From assembly GCA_043814605.1 (NCBI GenBank), contig JBDRJV010000007.1, positions 131,354 to 195,353 of the forward strand: a DNA stretch of 64,000 nt, given 5' to 3'. The position numbers and the translations under genes were made by a program. This stretch comes from Candidatus Omnitrophota bacterium. Its GTDB lineage: Bacteria; Omnitrophota; Gorgyraeia; B26-G9. Below the pieces are notes generated by a model that did not search any database, had not been told where the DNA came from, and saw nothing but the letters and a program-made list of their open reading frames with translations. Positions 52,856 through 61,909 of the stretch are shown piece after piece. The first letter of the stretch is position 1, and each line of letters starts with the position of its first letter.

Positions 52856-53275
52856 ATGATGGAGAAGAAAAGGTCAAGCGGAATAATTTTTTTTAGTTTG
52901 TTAAATCTTATATGCGGCTTATTAACTTTGTATTATGCTTTTAAATTTATTGCATATACAGGAGAAGATGAGCTTGTTTTTAATCAACTAGGAATTTTTA
53001 CTGCTATATTATGTCCACTTTTTTTTCTCGCTTCCTATCTCGCTTTTCGATTAAATAAAAAGGGAAGAATTATGAATTTATTATTTTCACCTGTGACTGC
53101 ATTTATGATATGGACACATATTCGTTTTATTATTCCTTGTATTGACCAAATTAGAATGCCTATGTATCTTTTTATCCCAATTCCCTATTATTTGTTCTTA
53201 ATTATTTGTACGGGGTGTATAATATATTATTTTAATCGTCCTAAAGTAAAAGCACAGTTTAACCCGGAGAAATAA
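52856..53275 (+). CDS. Small 4-TM membrane protein
   Basis: SD GGAGAGG, four hydrophobic segments, C-terminal YYFNRPKVKAQF. Confidence 0.7.
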   Translation: MMEKKRSSGIIFFSLLNLICGLLTLYYAFKFIAYTGEDELVFNQLGIFTAILCPLFFLASYLAFRLNKKGRIMNLLFSPVTAFMIWTHIRFIIPCIDQIRMPMYLFIPIPYYLFLIICTGCIIYYFNRPKVKAQFNPEK

Positions 53276-53326
53276 AATGGCAGGGGGGAGATTTAAGTTA
53301 GAAAAGGGCTGTACCTGCTTTAATAC

Positions 53327-53463
53327 TGTAGAATGTTAAATGTTTAATGTTTAATGTGTAAAGTAGCAAGTAGAGAGTAGAGAGAATATTGATTCTGGAT
53401 GCTGGATCCTTGATACTGGCTAAAGCTTTTACTAGTATCCAGATTCTAGGATAGAGGATCAGT
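53327..53463. repeat. Degenerate heptamer arrays, partly palindromic
   Basis: tgtagaa tgttaaa tgtttaa tgtttaa tgtgtaa agtagca agtagag agtagag; tggatgc tggatcc ttgatac tgg ... ctagtat ccagatt ctaggat. Confidence 0.7.
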
Positions 53464-53511
53464 TTTTTGTCGCTTGGTTTCAAAAGGGGATTACTTAAAA
53501 AAATAAAAAAT

Positions 53512-53540
53512 TTGAAATTTTGAACAAATAACGTTATATT
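53512..53540 (+). promoter_or_regulatory. Sigma70 promoter for tRNA-Arg(CCT)
   Basis: TTGAAA-N17-TATATT. Confidence 0.5.
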
Positions 53541-53557
53541 AATTAAGTGAATTTTTT

Positions 53558-53634
53558 GCCCCTGTAGCTCAGAAGGATAGAGCAACGGTTTCCTAAACCG
53601 TGTGCCGGACGTTCGATTCGTCTCAGGGGCACCA
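53558..53634 (+). tRNA. tRNA-Arg(CCT)
   Basis: Acceptor stem GCCCCTG/CAGGGGC, anticodon arm ACGGT-TTCCTAA-ACCGT, TTCGATT loop, encoded CCA. Confidence 0.95.
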
Positions 53635-53650
53635 TAACCTGCTAACGCAG

Positions 53651-53685
53651 GAAATTAGAAATGCTAAATTATAAATGACAAATGG
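53651..53685. repeat. Degenerate heptamer array (xAAATxx)x5
   Basis: gaaatta gaaatgc taaatta taaatga caaatgg. Confidence 0.55.
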
Positions 53686-53759
53686 TCAGGTATTATAAAT
53701 AACACAAATATTATTTCGCGAAAGCGATTAGCGTATAAATTAATAAAAGGGAAAGTTTT

Positions 53760-54410
53760 ATGATTGATTTGCATACACATTCAATATTAAGCGACGGGGC
53801 ATTATTGCCTTCTGAACTAGTGCGTCGGGCAGAAATTAAAGGCTATCGCGTTATGGCAATTACCGATCATGCAGATATATCTAATCTTGATTTTATTTTG
53901 CCGCGAATTATTCAATTTTGTCTGGATATTAAAAATAAAACAAAAATTAAGGTAATTCCAGGCGTAGAATTAACCCACATTCAGCCAGGAGATTTTAAAA
54001 CCATGGTTAAAAAAGCCAGGGAACTAGGAGCTGCAATTGTAATCGGGCACGGAGAAACAATTGTTGAACCAGTGGTCAAAGGAACAAATCGAGCGGCAAT
54101 TGAAGCGGGAGTTGATATTTTAGCACATCCCGGCATCATTGAAGAATCAGATGCAGAACTTGCGCTAAACCAGGGAGTGTTTTTAGAAATCAGTGCCCGG
54201 GCCGGGCATTGCCTGGGTAATGGGCATGTGGCAAAAACAGCTTTGAAAATTGGGACAAAATTGGTGATTAATACAGATTCACATATTCCGGAAAATTTAA
54301 TTACCCGCGAGCAAGCTAACTCTGTTTGCCAGGGGGCAGGACTTGATCCGGCATATATTGTTGAGCTGATTCAAAATACAGAGATTTTTATTGAGAAAAT
54401 ATGGAAGTAA
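53760..54410 (+). CDS. PHP-domain phosphatase (histidinol-phosphatase-like)
   Basis: DLHTHS, AITDH, GVELTH, LAHPG, NTDSH. Confidence 0.88.
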   Translation: MIDLHTHSILSDGALLPSELVRRAEIKGYRVMAITDHADISNLDFILPRIIQFCLDIKNKTKIKVIPGVELTHIQPGDFKTMVKKARELGAAIVIGHGETIVEPVVKGTNRAAIEAGVDILAHPGIIEESDAELALNQGVFLEISARAGHCLGNGHVAKTALKIGTKLVINTDSHIPENLITREQANSVCQGAGLDPAYIVELIQNTEIFIEKIWK

Positions 54411-54448
54411 TATTATTATAAATAACAGGATAAGGGTAAATGCGGTTA

Positions 54449-54477
54449 TTGATTATTTTATACTTTAGTGATAAAAT
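54449..54477 (+). promoter_or_regulatory. Sigma70 promoter
   Basis: TTGATT-N17-TAAAAT with extended TG. Confidence 0.5.
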
Positions 54478-54525
54478 AATCATGACATAAGGATAAGGAA
54501 AAAGAAGAAAACAAAGGAGTCTCTG

Positions 54526-54879
54526 ATGCCGGAAAAAAGACAAAACAAAAGAGCTTTAACCGCCTTATTTATTAGATTTACTGTGGATGATAATAATTCT
54601 ATCAGCTATAAAACATTTAGCCGGGATATGTGTGTTGATGGCATTTGTTTACTTTCGCCTAAACGTTTAAAATTGAATGATAATTTACAGTTAAATATTG
54701 ATATTCCCAATAATCCGGATATGACTTTAGCTGAAGGTAATGTGCGTTGGACATCGCAGAAATCAATGATCAATGAAGATGGTAAAGAGGTTTTTCCCGC
54801 CGGTGTTGCGTTTACTTATCTGGAAAGCCGGGATAAAGCTTTCTTGAGTGAATTTATTGGTAAAAAAGAAAAAGTTTGA
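54526..54879 (+). CDS. PilZ domain protein
   Basis: EKRQNKR (RxxxR), RDMCVDGI, GNVRW, AGVAF. Confidence 0.8.
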   Translation: MPEKRQNKRALTALFIRFTVDDNNSISYKTFSRDMCVDGICLLSPKRLKLNDNLQLNIDIPNNPDMTLAEGNVRWTSQKSMINEDGKEVFPAGVAFTYLESRDKAFLSEFIGKKEKV

Positions 54880-54974
54880 AGTTTTCACCAGCAACCTGTG
54901 GTTCCTAAAAAAATCTAAAAGTTCCGGCATTAAATCCAGCGTGATAATCCCTATCTGATTCATACAGGAGCAGA

Positions 54975-55376
54975 ATGAGAAAAATTGATTTAGCAGATGA
55001 TAATTTCTGTTTTGTTTGCGGTAAGAAGAATAAATATGGGTTAAGGATTGATTTCGAATTAACTCCGGATGAGAAATTAAAAGCAGAATTTACACCGGAA
55101 AAAATTCATCAGGGTTTTAAAGATATTGTACACGGGGGAATTATCGGCATGATTTTAGATGAGGCAATGGTCAATTTGCTTTGGAAATTAGGGATTACCG
55201 CAGTTACCGCAGATTTAAATCTGAGATTGGTAAAACCAGCGATTGTGAATAAAAAGCTATTTTTTGAAGCAAAAATTAAGGAAAAACAGAAAAAAATAAT
55301 AATAACTGAGGCAATATGTAAAAATGAAAAAGGACAAAAAATAGCACAGGCTAATGCTAAATGTTTAAAAGTATAA
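54975..55376 (+). CDS. PaaI family thioesterase
   Basis: CFVCGKKNKYGL, HQGF, VHGGII..ILDE. Confidence 0.85.
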   Translation: MRKIDLADDNFCFVCGKKNKYGLRIDFELTPDEKLKAEFTPEKIHQGFKDIVHGGIIGMILDEAMVNLLWKLGITAVTADLNLRLVKPAIVNKKLFFEAKIKEKQKKIIITEAICKNEKGQKIAQANAKCLKV

Positions 55377-55528
55377 AATTATAAAACATGCTGATTAATG
55401 TTAGGAACATATTTTAAATACAATAGTTAAGCATGTTTTATTTTTAACTTTTTTGCTTTACAAATCAAATTTTGATGATAAAATAGGCACTTGTGATATT
55501 ATTCCTTTTTTAATTAATAGTCAGGAGC

Positions 55529-58500
55529 TTGCCCGTGAAGAAAAATCGAGTAGTTAAGTATTATCTTAAAAAAGACGGAAATTTTGTTATAGAAAATTAT
55601 GATCTAGCTAAGCCGTTTGCCAGTTTTTTCCCCGGGATTGCCGGATTATTCGGGATACCCATGTGGGTATTTTATGTGAATCGAGGTCAAGGTATTGTAA
55701 GTTTTGGAACACAAAATAAAAAACATGCAATTCTTGAGTTTTTCCCGGCGAATCGTGCATGGCAATTTGTCAGCCGCCGCGGATTCCGTACTTTTCTAAA
55801 AATTAAAAAAGAAAATAAAACTCTTTACTATGAGCCGTTTCAGAATGATCTGTGCAGCGAACCCATGGATTTACAAAGAAGTATGATGATCAGTTCTGAG
55901 GCATTCAGTGTTTCAGAAATTAATCATAGCTTAGGTCTGCATATTCAGGCTGAATATAGTGTTTTAGGCGAGGAACCATTGGCTTGTATTACCCGGAAAT
56001 TAAGTGTAGAAAATATATCCGGCCGGAAATTAGAAATTAACATTTTAGATGGTTTGCCTCAGGTTGTACCTTACGGGGTAAATGATCGTTTTTTAAAAGA
56101 GCTTGGCCGGACAATTGAGGCCTGGATGCGGGTTGATTATGTGAGTAGTTTTAAAATTCCTTTTTATAAATTAGTGGTTGATCCTACGGATCGACCACAA
56201 GTAATATATATCCAGGGCGGGAATTTTTATTATAGTTATTCGCTGATAAATAAAAAAATTAAAAAAAATGATTTTATCGTTGATCCAGAATTAATTTTTG
56301 GAGCGGTTAATGATTTTAACTATCCCCAGGAATACTATCAAGCTGAATTTAAAATACCGCAAAATCAAATAACCTGCAGTAAAACTCCGGCAGCTTTTAG
56401 CCATAATAATTTTTTTCTTAATGACAAGCAAGCTGCGTCCATGATTACTTTTATGGGCTATGCCCAGAATGAGCAAATATTGCAGAAAATTATGGAAAAA
56501 GTGCAGGCGAAAAATTTTCTGGATAAAAAACAACAGGATTATAAAAAAACAATTGCCCAACTGCAAAGTAAAATTTTTACCGCCAGCGGCAATACAGCAT
56601 ATGATCTTTATGCCCAGCAAACATATCTCGACAATATTTTAAGGGGCGGATATCCTTTAACAATTAAACATAAAGATAAGTCTCATATTTTTCATGTATA
56701 CAGCCGTAAACATGGAGATTTAGAGCGTGATTATAATAATTTTTTGACGGAAGCAACTTATTTTTCGCAGGGAAATGGTAATTACCGGGATGTCAATCAG
56801 AACAGGAGAAATGATGTATGGTTTAATCCGGATGTCCGGGAGGAGAATGTCTTAACGTTTTTCAACTTGCTGCAGTTAGACGGATTTAATCCTTTAGTAG
56901 TTTTTGGAGACCGCTTTAAACTGCATCGGGAAAAAGATTTTAAAAAAATAAGAAATTTATTCAGCCGGGAAAAAGATTTTGAATGTATTATAGATTTTAT
57001 TAAAAAACAATTTACACCCGGGTGTTTGTTCTTTTTTATGGAACAAAATAATATTAAAATTAAAACATCAAAAATGAAATTCTTAAGTGAAATCCTGTCG
57101 TATTGTGATAAAAAACAAAATGCATTTCACGGTGAGGGATTTTGGGTAGATCATTGGACGTATAATATTGATGCATTAGATGCATACTTAGCAATTTATC
57201 CGGAAAAGCTCAAAGATTTATTATTAAGGAAAAAAGAGTTTGTTTTCTTTAATAATTTTGTTTCGGTTAAGCCGCGTGAAGAAAAATATGTTTTGTTTGA
57301 AGGTAATGCCCGGCAGTATCATGCAATCAGCGTGGAAGGGGCTGAAAATAGTTTTGATGATAATAATAATGCCAGTGATGATGATTGGGTGAGAACTAAC
57401 TACGGGAAAGGAAGTATTTATAAAACTAATTTAATGGTTAAGATCATTTGTTTAATTACAAATAAAATTGCATCTTTAGATGCTTTTGGCTGCGGGATTG
57501 ATATGGAGGCAAATAAACCGGGTTGGTATGATGCGTTAAATGGTTTACCCGGACTTTTTGGTTCTTCAGTTTGTGAAACAATGGAGTTAAAACGGCTAAT
57601 TAATTTTATTCAAGCGGCGATTGATCAATTATCTTTGCCCCCGGATGATACAATCTTTCTGCCGCAAGAACTCCATGAATTTTTATTAGGGGTTGATGAA
57701 ATTATTACGCATAATTTAAAAAGCTGCATACCCAATAAAGATTTGCTTTATTGGGACAAAACTTATTTGCTAAAAGAATCTTACCGCAAAAGTATTTATG
57801 GGGGATTAAGCGGGAATGAAAAGAAACTGGATATAGCTACTTTCGGGAAAATTTTAGTGAGAATGAATGAAAAACTTTTTCAGTCAATAGCTAAAACAAA
57901 AGACAAAAAAAGCGGTTTGCATCATACTTACTATATTAATGAAGTTGTTGATTATGAAAAAATTAAAGAACAGAATACAAAAGGTTTTAAAAAAAGTAAA
58001 GATGGTTTATTTTGTATCCGTCCTAAAAAATTCAAGCAAAACCCTTTACCTTTATTTTTAGAAGGGCAGGTGCATGCTTTACGTATTGCCCAGGAAAAAT
58101 CGGGTGTGAAAAAGCTTTACGCTGCTACTAAAAAAAGTGTGCTTTATGATAAAAAATTAAAAATGTATAAAGTGAATGCTCCTTTACATGATATGAGTGA
58201 AGAAATTGGGCGGGCGCGAATTTTTACCCCCGGCTGGTTAGAAAATGAATCAATTTGGCTGCATATGGAATATAAATTTATTTTAGAACTTTTAAGAAAC
58301 GGATTAAATGATGAGTTTTTTAATGAGTTTAAAAATATTTTAATTCCTTTTCAGCCGGCAGAACGTTATGGGCGAAGTATTTTAGAAAACTCCTCATTTT
58401 TAGTAAGCAGTGCTTTTCCGAACAGTAAATTACATGGCAATGGTTTTGTGGCGCGATTGAGCGGCTCAACCGCTGAATTCATCACGCTTTGGCTATGGAT

Positions 58501-58873
58501 GAATGTGGGGCAGCGGCCGTTTAAATTAGATGCCGAAGGTTCCTTATATTTAGAGTTTAAACCGGTTTTACCAGACTGGATGTTTACAAAAAATAAATCC
58601 AGAGTTGAATATTTATGTGTGAATGGAGAAAAAGTAAAATTAGATTTAGCGAAAAATACTTATGCCTTTAATTTTTTAGGTGATATTTTAGTAGTTTATT
58701 ATAATCCGAAAATGAAACATACTTACGGAGATAAAAGCGTTAAACCTAATCAGATTAAAATAACATTAAAGAATGCTCAGCAAATTGTGGTAAATTCTTC
58801 ACGTTTATCCCGAAAATATGCAGAATTGATTAGAAATAAACAAGTGAGACGAATAGATATTAAATTATTTTAG
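55529..58873 (+). CDS. Large GH94/cellobiose-phosphorylase-like carbohydrate-active protein
   Basis: PMWVFYVNRGQGI, YSRKHGDLERDYN, QGNGNYRDVNQNRR, WYDALNGLPG, GWLENESIWLHM; family recalled rather than searched. Confidence 0.6.
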   Translation: MPVKKNRVVKYYLKKDGNFVIENYDLAKPFASFFPGIAGLFGIPMWVFYVNRGQGIVSFGTQNKKHAILEFFPANRAWQFVSRRGFRTFLKIKKENKTLYYEPFQNDLCSEPMDLQRSMMISSEAFSVSEINHSLGLHIQAEYSVLGEEPLACITRKLSVENISGRKLEINILDGLPQVVPYGVNDRFLKELGRTIEAWMRVDYVSSFKIPFYKLVVDPTDRPQVIYIQGGNFYYSYSLINKKIKKNDFIVDPELIFGAVNDFNYPQEYYQAEFKIPQNQITCSKTPAAFSHNNFFLNDKQAASMITFMGYAQNEQILQKIMEKVQAKNFLDKKQQDYKKTIAQLQSKIFTASGNTAYDLYAQQTYLDNILRGGYPLTIKHKDKSHIFHVYSRKHGDLERDYNNFLTEATYFSQGNGNYRDVNQNRRNDVWFNPDVREENVLTFFNLLQLDGFNPLVVFGDRFKLHREKDFKKIRNLFSREKDFECIIDFIKKQFTPGCLFFFMEQNNIKIKTSKMKFLSEILSYCDKKQNAFHGEGFWVDHWTYNIDALDAYLAIYPEKLKDLLLRKKEFVFFNNFVSVKPREEKYVLFEGNARQYHAISVEGAENSFDDNNNASDDDWVRTNYGKGSIYKTNLMVKIICLITNKIASLDAFGCGIDMEANKPGWYDALNGLPGLFGSSVCETMELKRLINFIQAAIDQLSLPPDDTIFLPQELHEFLLGVDEIITHNLKSCIPNKDLLYWDKTYLLKESYRKSIYGGLSGNEKKLDIATFGKILVRMNEKLFQSIAKTKDKKSGLHHTYYINEVVDYEKIKEQNTKGFKKSKDGLFCIRPKKFKQNPLPLFLEGQVHALRIAQEKSGVKKLYAATKKSVLYDKKLKMYKVNAPLHDMSEEIGRARIFTPGWLENESIWLHMEYKFILELLRNGLNDEFFNEFKNILIPFQPAERYGRSILENSSFLVSSAFPNSKLHGNGFVARLSGSTAEFITLWLWMNVGQRPFKLDAEGSLYLEFKPVLPDWMFTKNKSRVEYLCVNGEKVKLDLAKNTYAFNFLGDILVVYYNPKMKHTYGDKSVKPNQIKITLKNAQQIVVNSSRLSRKYAELIRNKQVRRIDIKLF

Positions 58874-58891
58874 ATCCAACTACCTTTTTGA

Positions 58892-59740
58892 TTAAAAATT
58901 GCGGATATATTCCTGGATTTCATGAATAATATAGTCTGGGGTAGAAGCGCCGGCGGCCATGCCGATTTTATTTTTATTTAAAAACCATTCCTTTTTTAAC
59001 CCCCGCTTAGAATTTATCCAAAAAGTGTACGGATTTATTGTTTTTGATAACTCATAAAGTCTTTTTGTATTCGCGGAGCTTTTTGCGCCAATAATAACCA
59101 TCATATCCTGTGTGTGCGCCATTTTTTCAATTTCCTTTTGTCTTTGCTTTGTGGGATAGCAAATCGTATTAATAAAAACAAAATTCGGTATAAATTTTTT
59201 TATTTTTTCTACAATTTTTTTTACGGTATCCAGGTTTTGTGTGGATTGGACCAGGACAACGGCGCGATTAATATTTTTGAATTTTGCACAGGGAATTTTT
59301 TTAGCCGGAGAAATAACTAAAGGATTAGTTTTTAAATTACCCTGAATGCCTTTTACTTCATCGTGCTGGCAATCGCCAATAATAATAATTTTATATTTTT
59401 TATTTTCGTATCTTTGGGCGATTGACTGAATTTCTTTAACCATGGGGCAGGTTGCATCAATTATTGTATAGCCTAATTTTTTGGCTTTTTTGTAAATATT
59501 TTTACCAGCACCGTGAGCACGAATAATTAAAATTTTAGCACCGGGTGTTTTTAATTCATTAATTTTTTTTATACCAGTTTTTTTTATCTCATTTACAACC
59601 CAGGGGTTATGGACAATGTCTCCCAGCATAAAAATCTGTTTTTTATTATTGTATTTTTTTGCTGTACTTTTGGCTAATTGAATCGCGCGGCGCACGCCAA
59701 AACAAAAACCTGTATTTTTTGCCAGTGTAATTTTTTTCAT
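58892..59740 (-). CDS. ispH: 4-hydroxy-3-methylbut-2-enyl diphosphate reductase
   Basis: GFCFGV, IVHN, DATCP, HDEV, NTIC, SSANT, AGASTP. Confidence 0.95.
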   Translation of the reverse strand: MKKITLAKNTGFCFGVRRAIQLAKSTAKKYNNKKQIFMLGDIVHNPWVVNEIKKTGIKKINELKTPGAKILIIRAHGAGKNIYKKAKKLGYTIIDATCPMVKEIQSIAQRYENKKYKIIIIGDCQHDEVKGIQGNLKTNPLVISPAKKIPCAKFKNINRAVVLVQSTQNLDTVKKIVEKIKKFIPNFVFINTICYPTKQRQKEIEKMAHTQDMMVIIGAKSSANTKRLYELSKTINPYTFWINSKRGLKKEWFLNKNKIGMAAGASTPDYIIHEIQEYIRNF

Positions 59741-59763
59741 AAGTTGCCCAGAACCGAAAATTT

Positions 59764-60804
59764 TTAAATTTTCATAAAAGATATTATAAACGAACTAAAT
59801 AATTGTTTAAACTTTTGATTTAGGTTTAAAGATTGCAGGATTATTTGGGCAGAGTTTAAAAGTTGCTGAATTTTTTTATCAGTTTTACTTTTTGCTTTAG
59901 TATTGATAATGATTTTTCTGATTTTTTCAAGGTCCGCAATTTTAAGATTCTGATTGCCCAAACAATTTTCTATAAATTTTTTTTCTAACGGGATTGCTGT
60001 CTGGTAAGCGAGAAAAAGCGGCAAAGTTTTTTTAGCTTCCCGAATATCACTTAACACGGATTTACCGATCTTTTTTGATTGCCCAAAGATCCCGATTAAA
60101 TCATCATGAATCTGGAATGCTTCCCCGAGGAGTTTGCCGTATCGGCTAATTTTCTCTATTTGAGTTTTTTTTGCCCCGGCAAAAATTGCACCGCAAACTA
60201 AAGGGGCTTTAAATGTATATTCGGCGGTTTTTAATAAATAATTTAAATGAATATCTTTTAACTTAATTTTTTTGATGGGTGTTAATCCGTTAGTAACGTC
60301 TTTATATTCTCCGATGCCGGTTAGAGCGGTAGCGGTTAAAAATTCATGCAACCCTCTTTGCTGGTAGTAATGATTCGATTTTGAATTTAAAAAAGCATCA
60401 ATGGCCATTGCATAAATAATATCTCCGGCAATAATCCCTAAATTTTTCCCTGTTTCTGCGGTTTGTTTAAGCAAACGCTGGATTACTTTATGTAAAGTAG
60501 GTTTGCCGCGGCGTGTGGAAGAATTATCGATAATATCATCATGAATTAATAAAAAATCGTGTAAAAGCTCAAAAGCAAGTGAAATTTTTAAAATATTTTT
60601 ATTTAAAACTGCTTTTTTAGAAAATGCTAAATAAGACAAAATAAATAAAATTGGTCTGACTCTTTTGCCGTCACGCATTATAAATTCACTGATCCAAGCG
60701 CTTAACAACGGATCAGTTTGAGAAATTTTATAATCGTAAATTTTCTTTTGGGTAAAGAGAAACAGTTCCTGATTAACTCTCTTTTTTAAATTTTTAATAT
60801 TCAT
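59764..60804 (-). CDS. Polyprenyl diphosphate synthase (IdsA/GGPPS-like)
   Basis: GKRVRP, HDDIID...RRGKP, LKTAEYT, AFQIHDDLIG, SDIREAK. Confidence 0.9.
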   Translation of the reverse strand: MNIKNLKKRVNQELFLFTQKKIYDYKISQTDPLLSAWISEFIMRDGKRVRPILFILSYLAFSKKAVLNKNILKISLAFELLHDFLLIHDDIIDNSSTRRGKPTLHKVIQRLLKQTAETGKNLGIIAGDIIYAMAIDAFLNSKSNHYYQQRGLHEFLTATALTGIGEYKDVTNGLTPIKKIKLKDIHLNYLLKTAEYTFKAPLVCGAIFAGAKKTQIEKISRYGKLLGEAFQIHDDLIGIFGQSKKIGKSVLSDIREAKKTLPLFLAYQTAIPLEKKFIENCLGNQNLKIADLEKIRKIIINTKAKSKTDKKIQQLLNSAQIILQSLNLNQKFKQLFSSFIISFMKI

Positions 60805-60881
60805 GCTTAATATGCTAGCATAGCCTGATACAAAAATAAATAAAAAATAAAAAGTTAATTTAAAAGCTGCTTTTTTTTGGC

Positions 60882-60910
60882 TTGCCTTATTTTAGTTTTA
60901 GTTGTAAAAT
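60882..60910 (+). promoter_or_regulatory. Sigma70 promoter ~265 nt upstream of ybaB
   Basis: TTGCCT-N17-TAAAAT. Confidence 0.5.
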
Positions 60911-60929
60911 TAGCCAGAGTTTTAAATGG

Positions 60930-60995
60930 AACCCTCACGGGCTAAAGCCCGAGGTTTCTGGGTTGGAATACTCAAGCGGTTTTAGTCCGCGGATG
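60930..60995. repeat. Pair of IS200/IS605- or REP-like hairpins
   Basis: cctcacgggc-TAAA-gcccgagg and an inverted partner gcggt-TTTAG-tccgcgg. Confidence 0.5.
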
Positions 60996-61174
60996 TATAA
61001 ATTTTGGACGGGGTTTTGACAAGTTTTGCTGAATAGGAGAATATTATTTTAAATCTGTTGCTGGCCACCGAAAAAAAATTGCTGGAGAATTACTTCATCC
61101 AGGGCAGGATAAATTCACGCAGATAACTTAAGGAGCAAAACGGCTTAAGTTAAGCATTCACGAAGGAGGGGAAA

Positions 61175-61474
61175 ATGCTGGATAAATTAAAAAATATTTT
61201 TGAAACACAGAAGAAAATGAACGAAATAAAAAAGGAACTTGAAAATATTAGTGTTAATTATGAAACAGCTAATCAAGGTATGAAAATTTGTATGAGCGGT
61301 ACGCAAAAGGTTATTTCTTTTAATATTAACTCTGAATATTTAGCAAAAGTAGATAAGTCAGTACTAGAAAAGGATTTGGTGCAATGTGTTAATGGCGCAT
61401 CAGATAAAGTACAACGGGTAGCAGCGGAAAAGCTGAAATCCTCTTTGGGTGATTTAAAAATTCCCGGTGTATAA
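61175..61474 (+). CDS. ybaB: YbaB/EbfC nucleoid-associated protein
   Basis: QKKM..IKKELE, LEKDL..CVN.A, LKIPG; SD GGAGG. Confidence 0.75.
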   Translation: MLDKLKNIFETQKKMNEIKKELENISVNYETANQGMKICMSGTQKVISFNINSEYLAKVDKSVLEKDLVQCVNGASDKVQRVAAEKLKSSLGDLKIPGV

Positions 61475-61492
61475 TTTTTTTGGTATAGTTCT

Positions 61493-61524
61493 AAAGCTGC
61501 ATTTTTTGAAAATGCAGCTTTTTT
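61493..61524 (+). terminator. Rho-independent terminator
   Basis: aaagctgcatttt-ttg-aaaatgcagctttttt. Confidence 0.85.
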
Positions 61525-61608
61525 ATTTCGGCTGATTTTTGTACAAATAATGTTGAAATTTGGTTTGCTTGATATAAAATAAAAGTAAAAAGAAAAGAGA
61601 AAATTAAT

Positions 61609-61884
61609 TTGAAGAAGCAAGTTCATATTTTTTATTCTGGAATGGTACAGGGGGTTGGATTTCGCTATCGAACCCAATCAATTGCTCAAAAACTCGGATT
61701 AAGTGGTTGGGTTAAAAACCTGTCAGACGGAAGAGTAGAAGTACTGGCTGAGGGAGATTTAAAGACACTGCAGGAGTTTATAGGAATGATTGATTTAAGC
61801 TTGGGCGATTATATCCGTGAGCATCAGGATAGCTGGGAGGATTTAAGCGAAATTAAAAATAAGGGTTTTCAGATAAATTTTTAA
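61609..61884 (+). CDS. acyP: Acylphosphatase
   Basis: [21 protein letters not shown]. Confidence 0.93.
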   Translation: MKKQVHIFYSGMVQGVGFRYRTQSIAQKLGLSGWVKNLSDGRVEVLAEGDLKTLQEFIGMIDLSLGDYIREHQDSWEDLSEIKNKGFQINF

Positions 61885-61909
61885 AAATGATTGTAACTGT
61901 TTAAAAAAA

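Noticed and set aside
53278-53296. TGGCAGGGGGGAGATTTAA as a reverse tRNA 3'-end (att site)
   Set aside because: The spacing from the T-loop-like segment to CCA is too short and it matches neither tRNA-Arg in the window.
53327-53463. CRISPR array
   Set aside because: The units are 7-bp tandem repeats without spacers, and no cas genes are present.
53298-53585. 95-aa minus-strand ORF
   Set aside because: It overlaps the tRNA and is made of heptamer repeats; no protein-like features.
61035-61145. Glycine riboswitch or SRP RNA upstream of ybaB
   Set aside because: It has GGAGA, CACCGAA and AAGGAGCAA fragments but lacks the CTCAGG core, and there is no SRP CAGG-GNRA-GCAGC motif.
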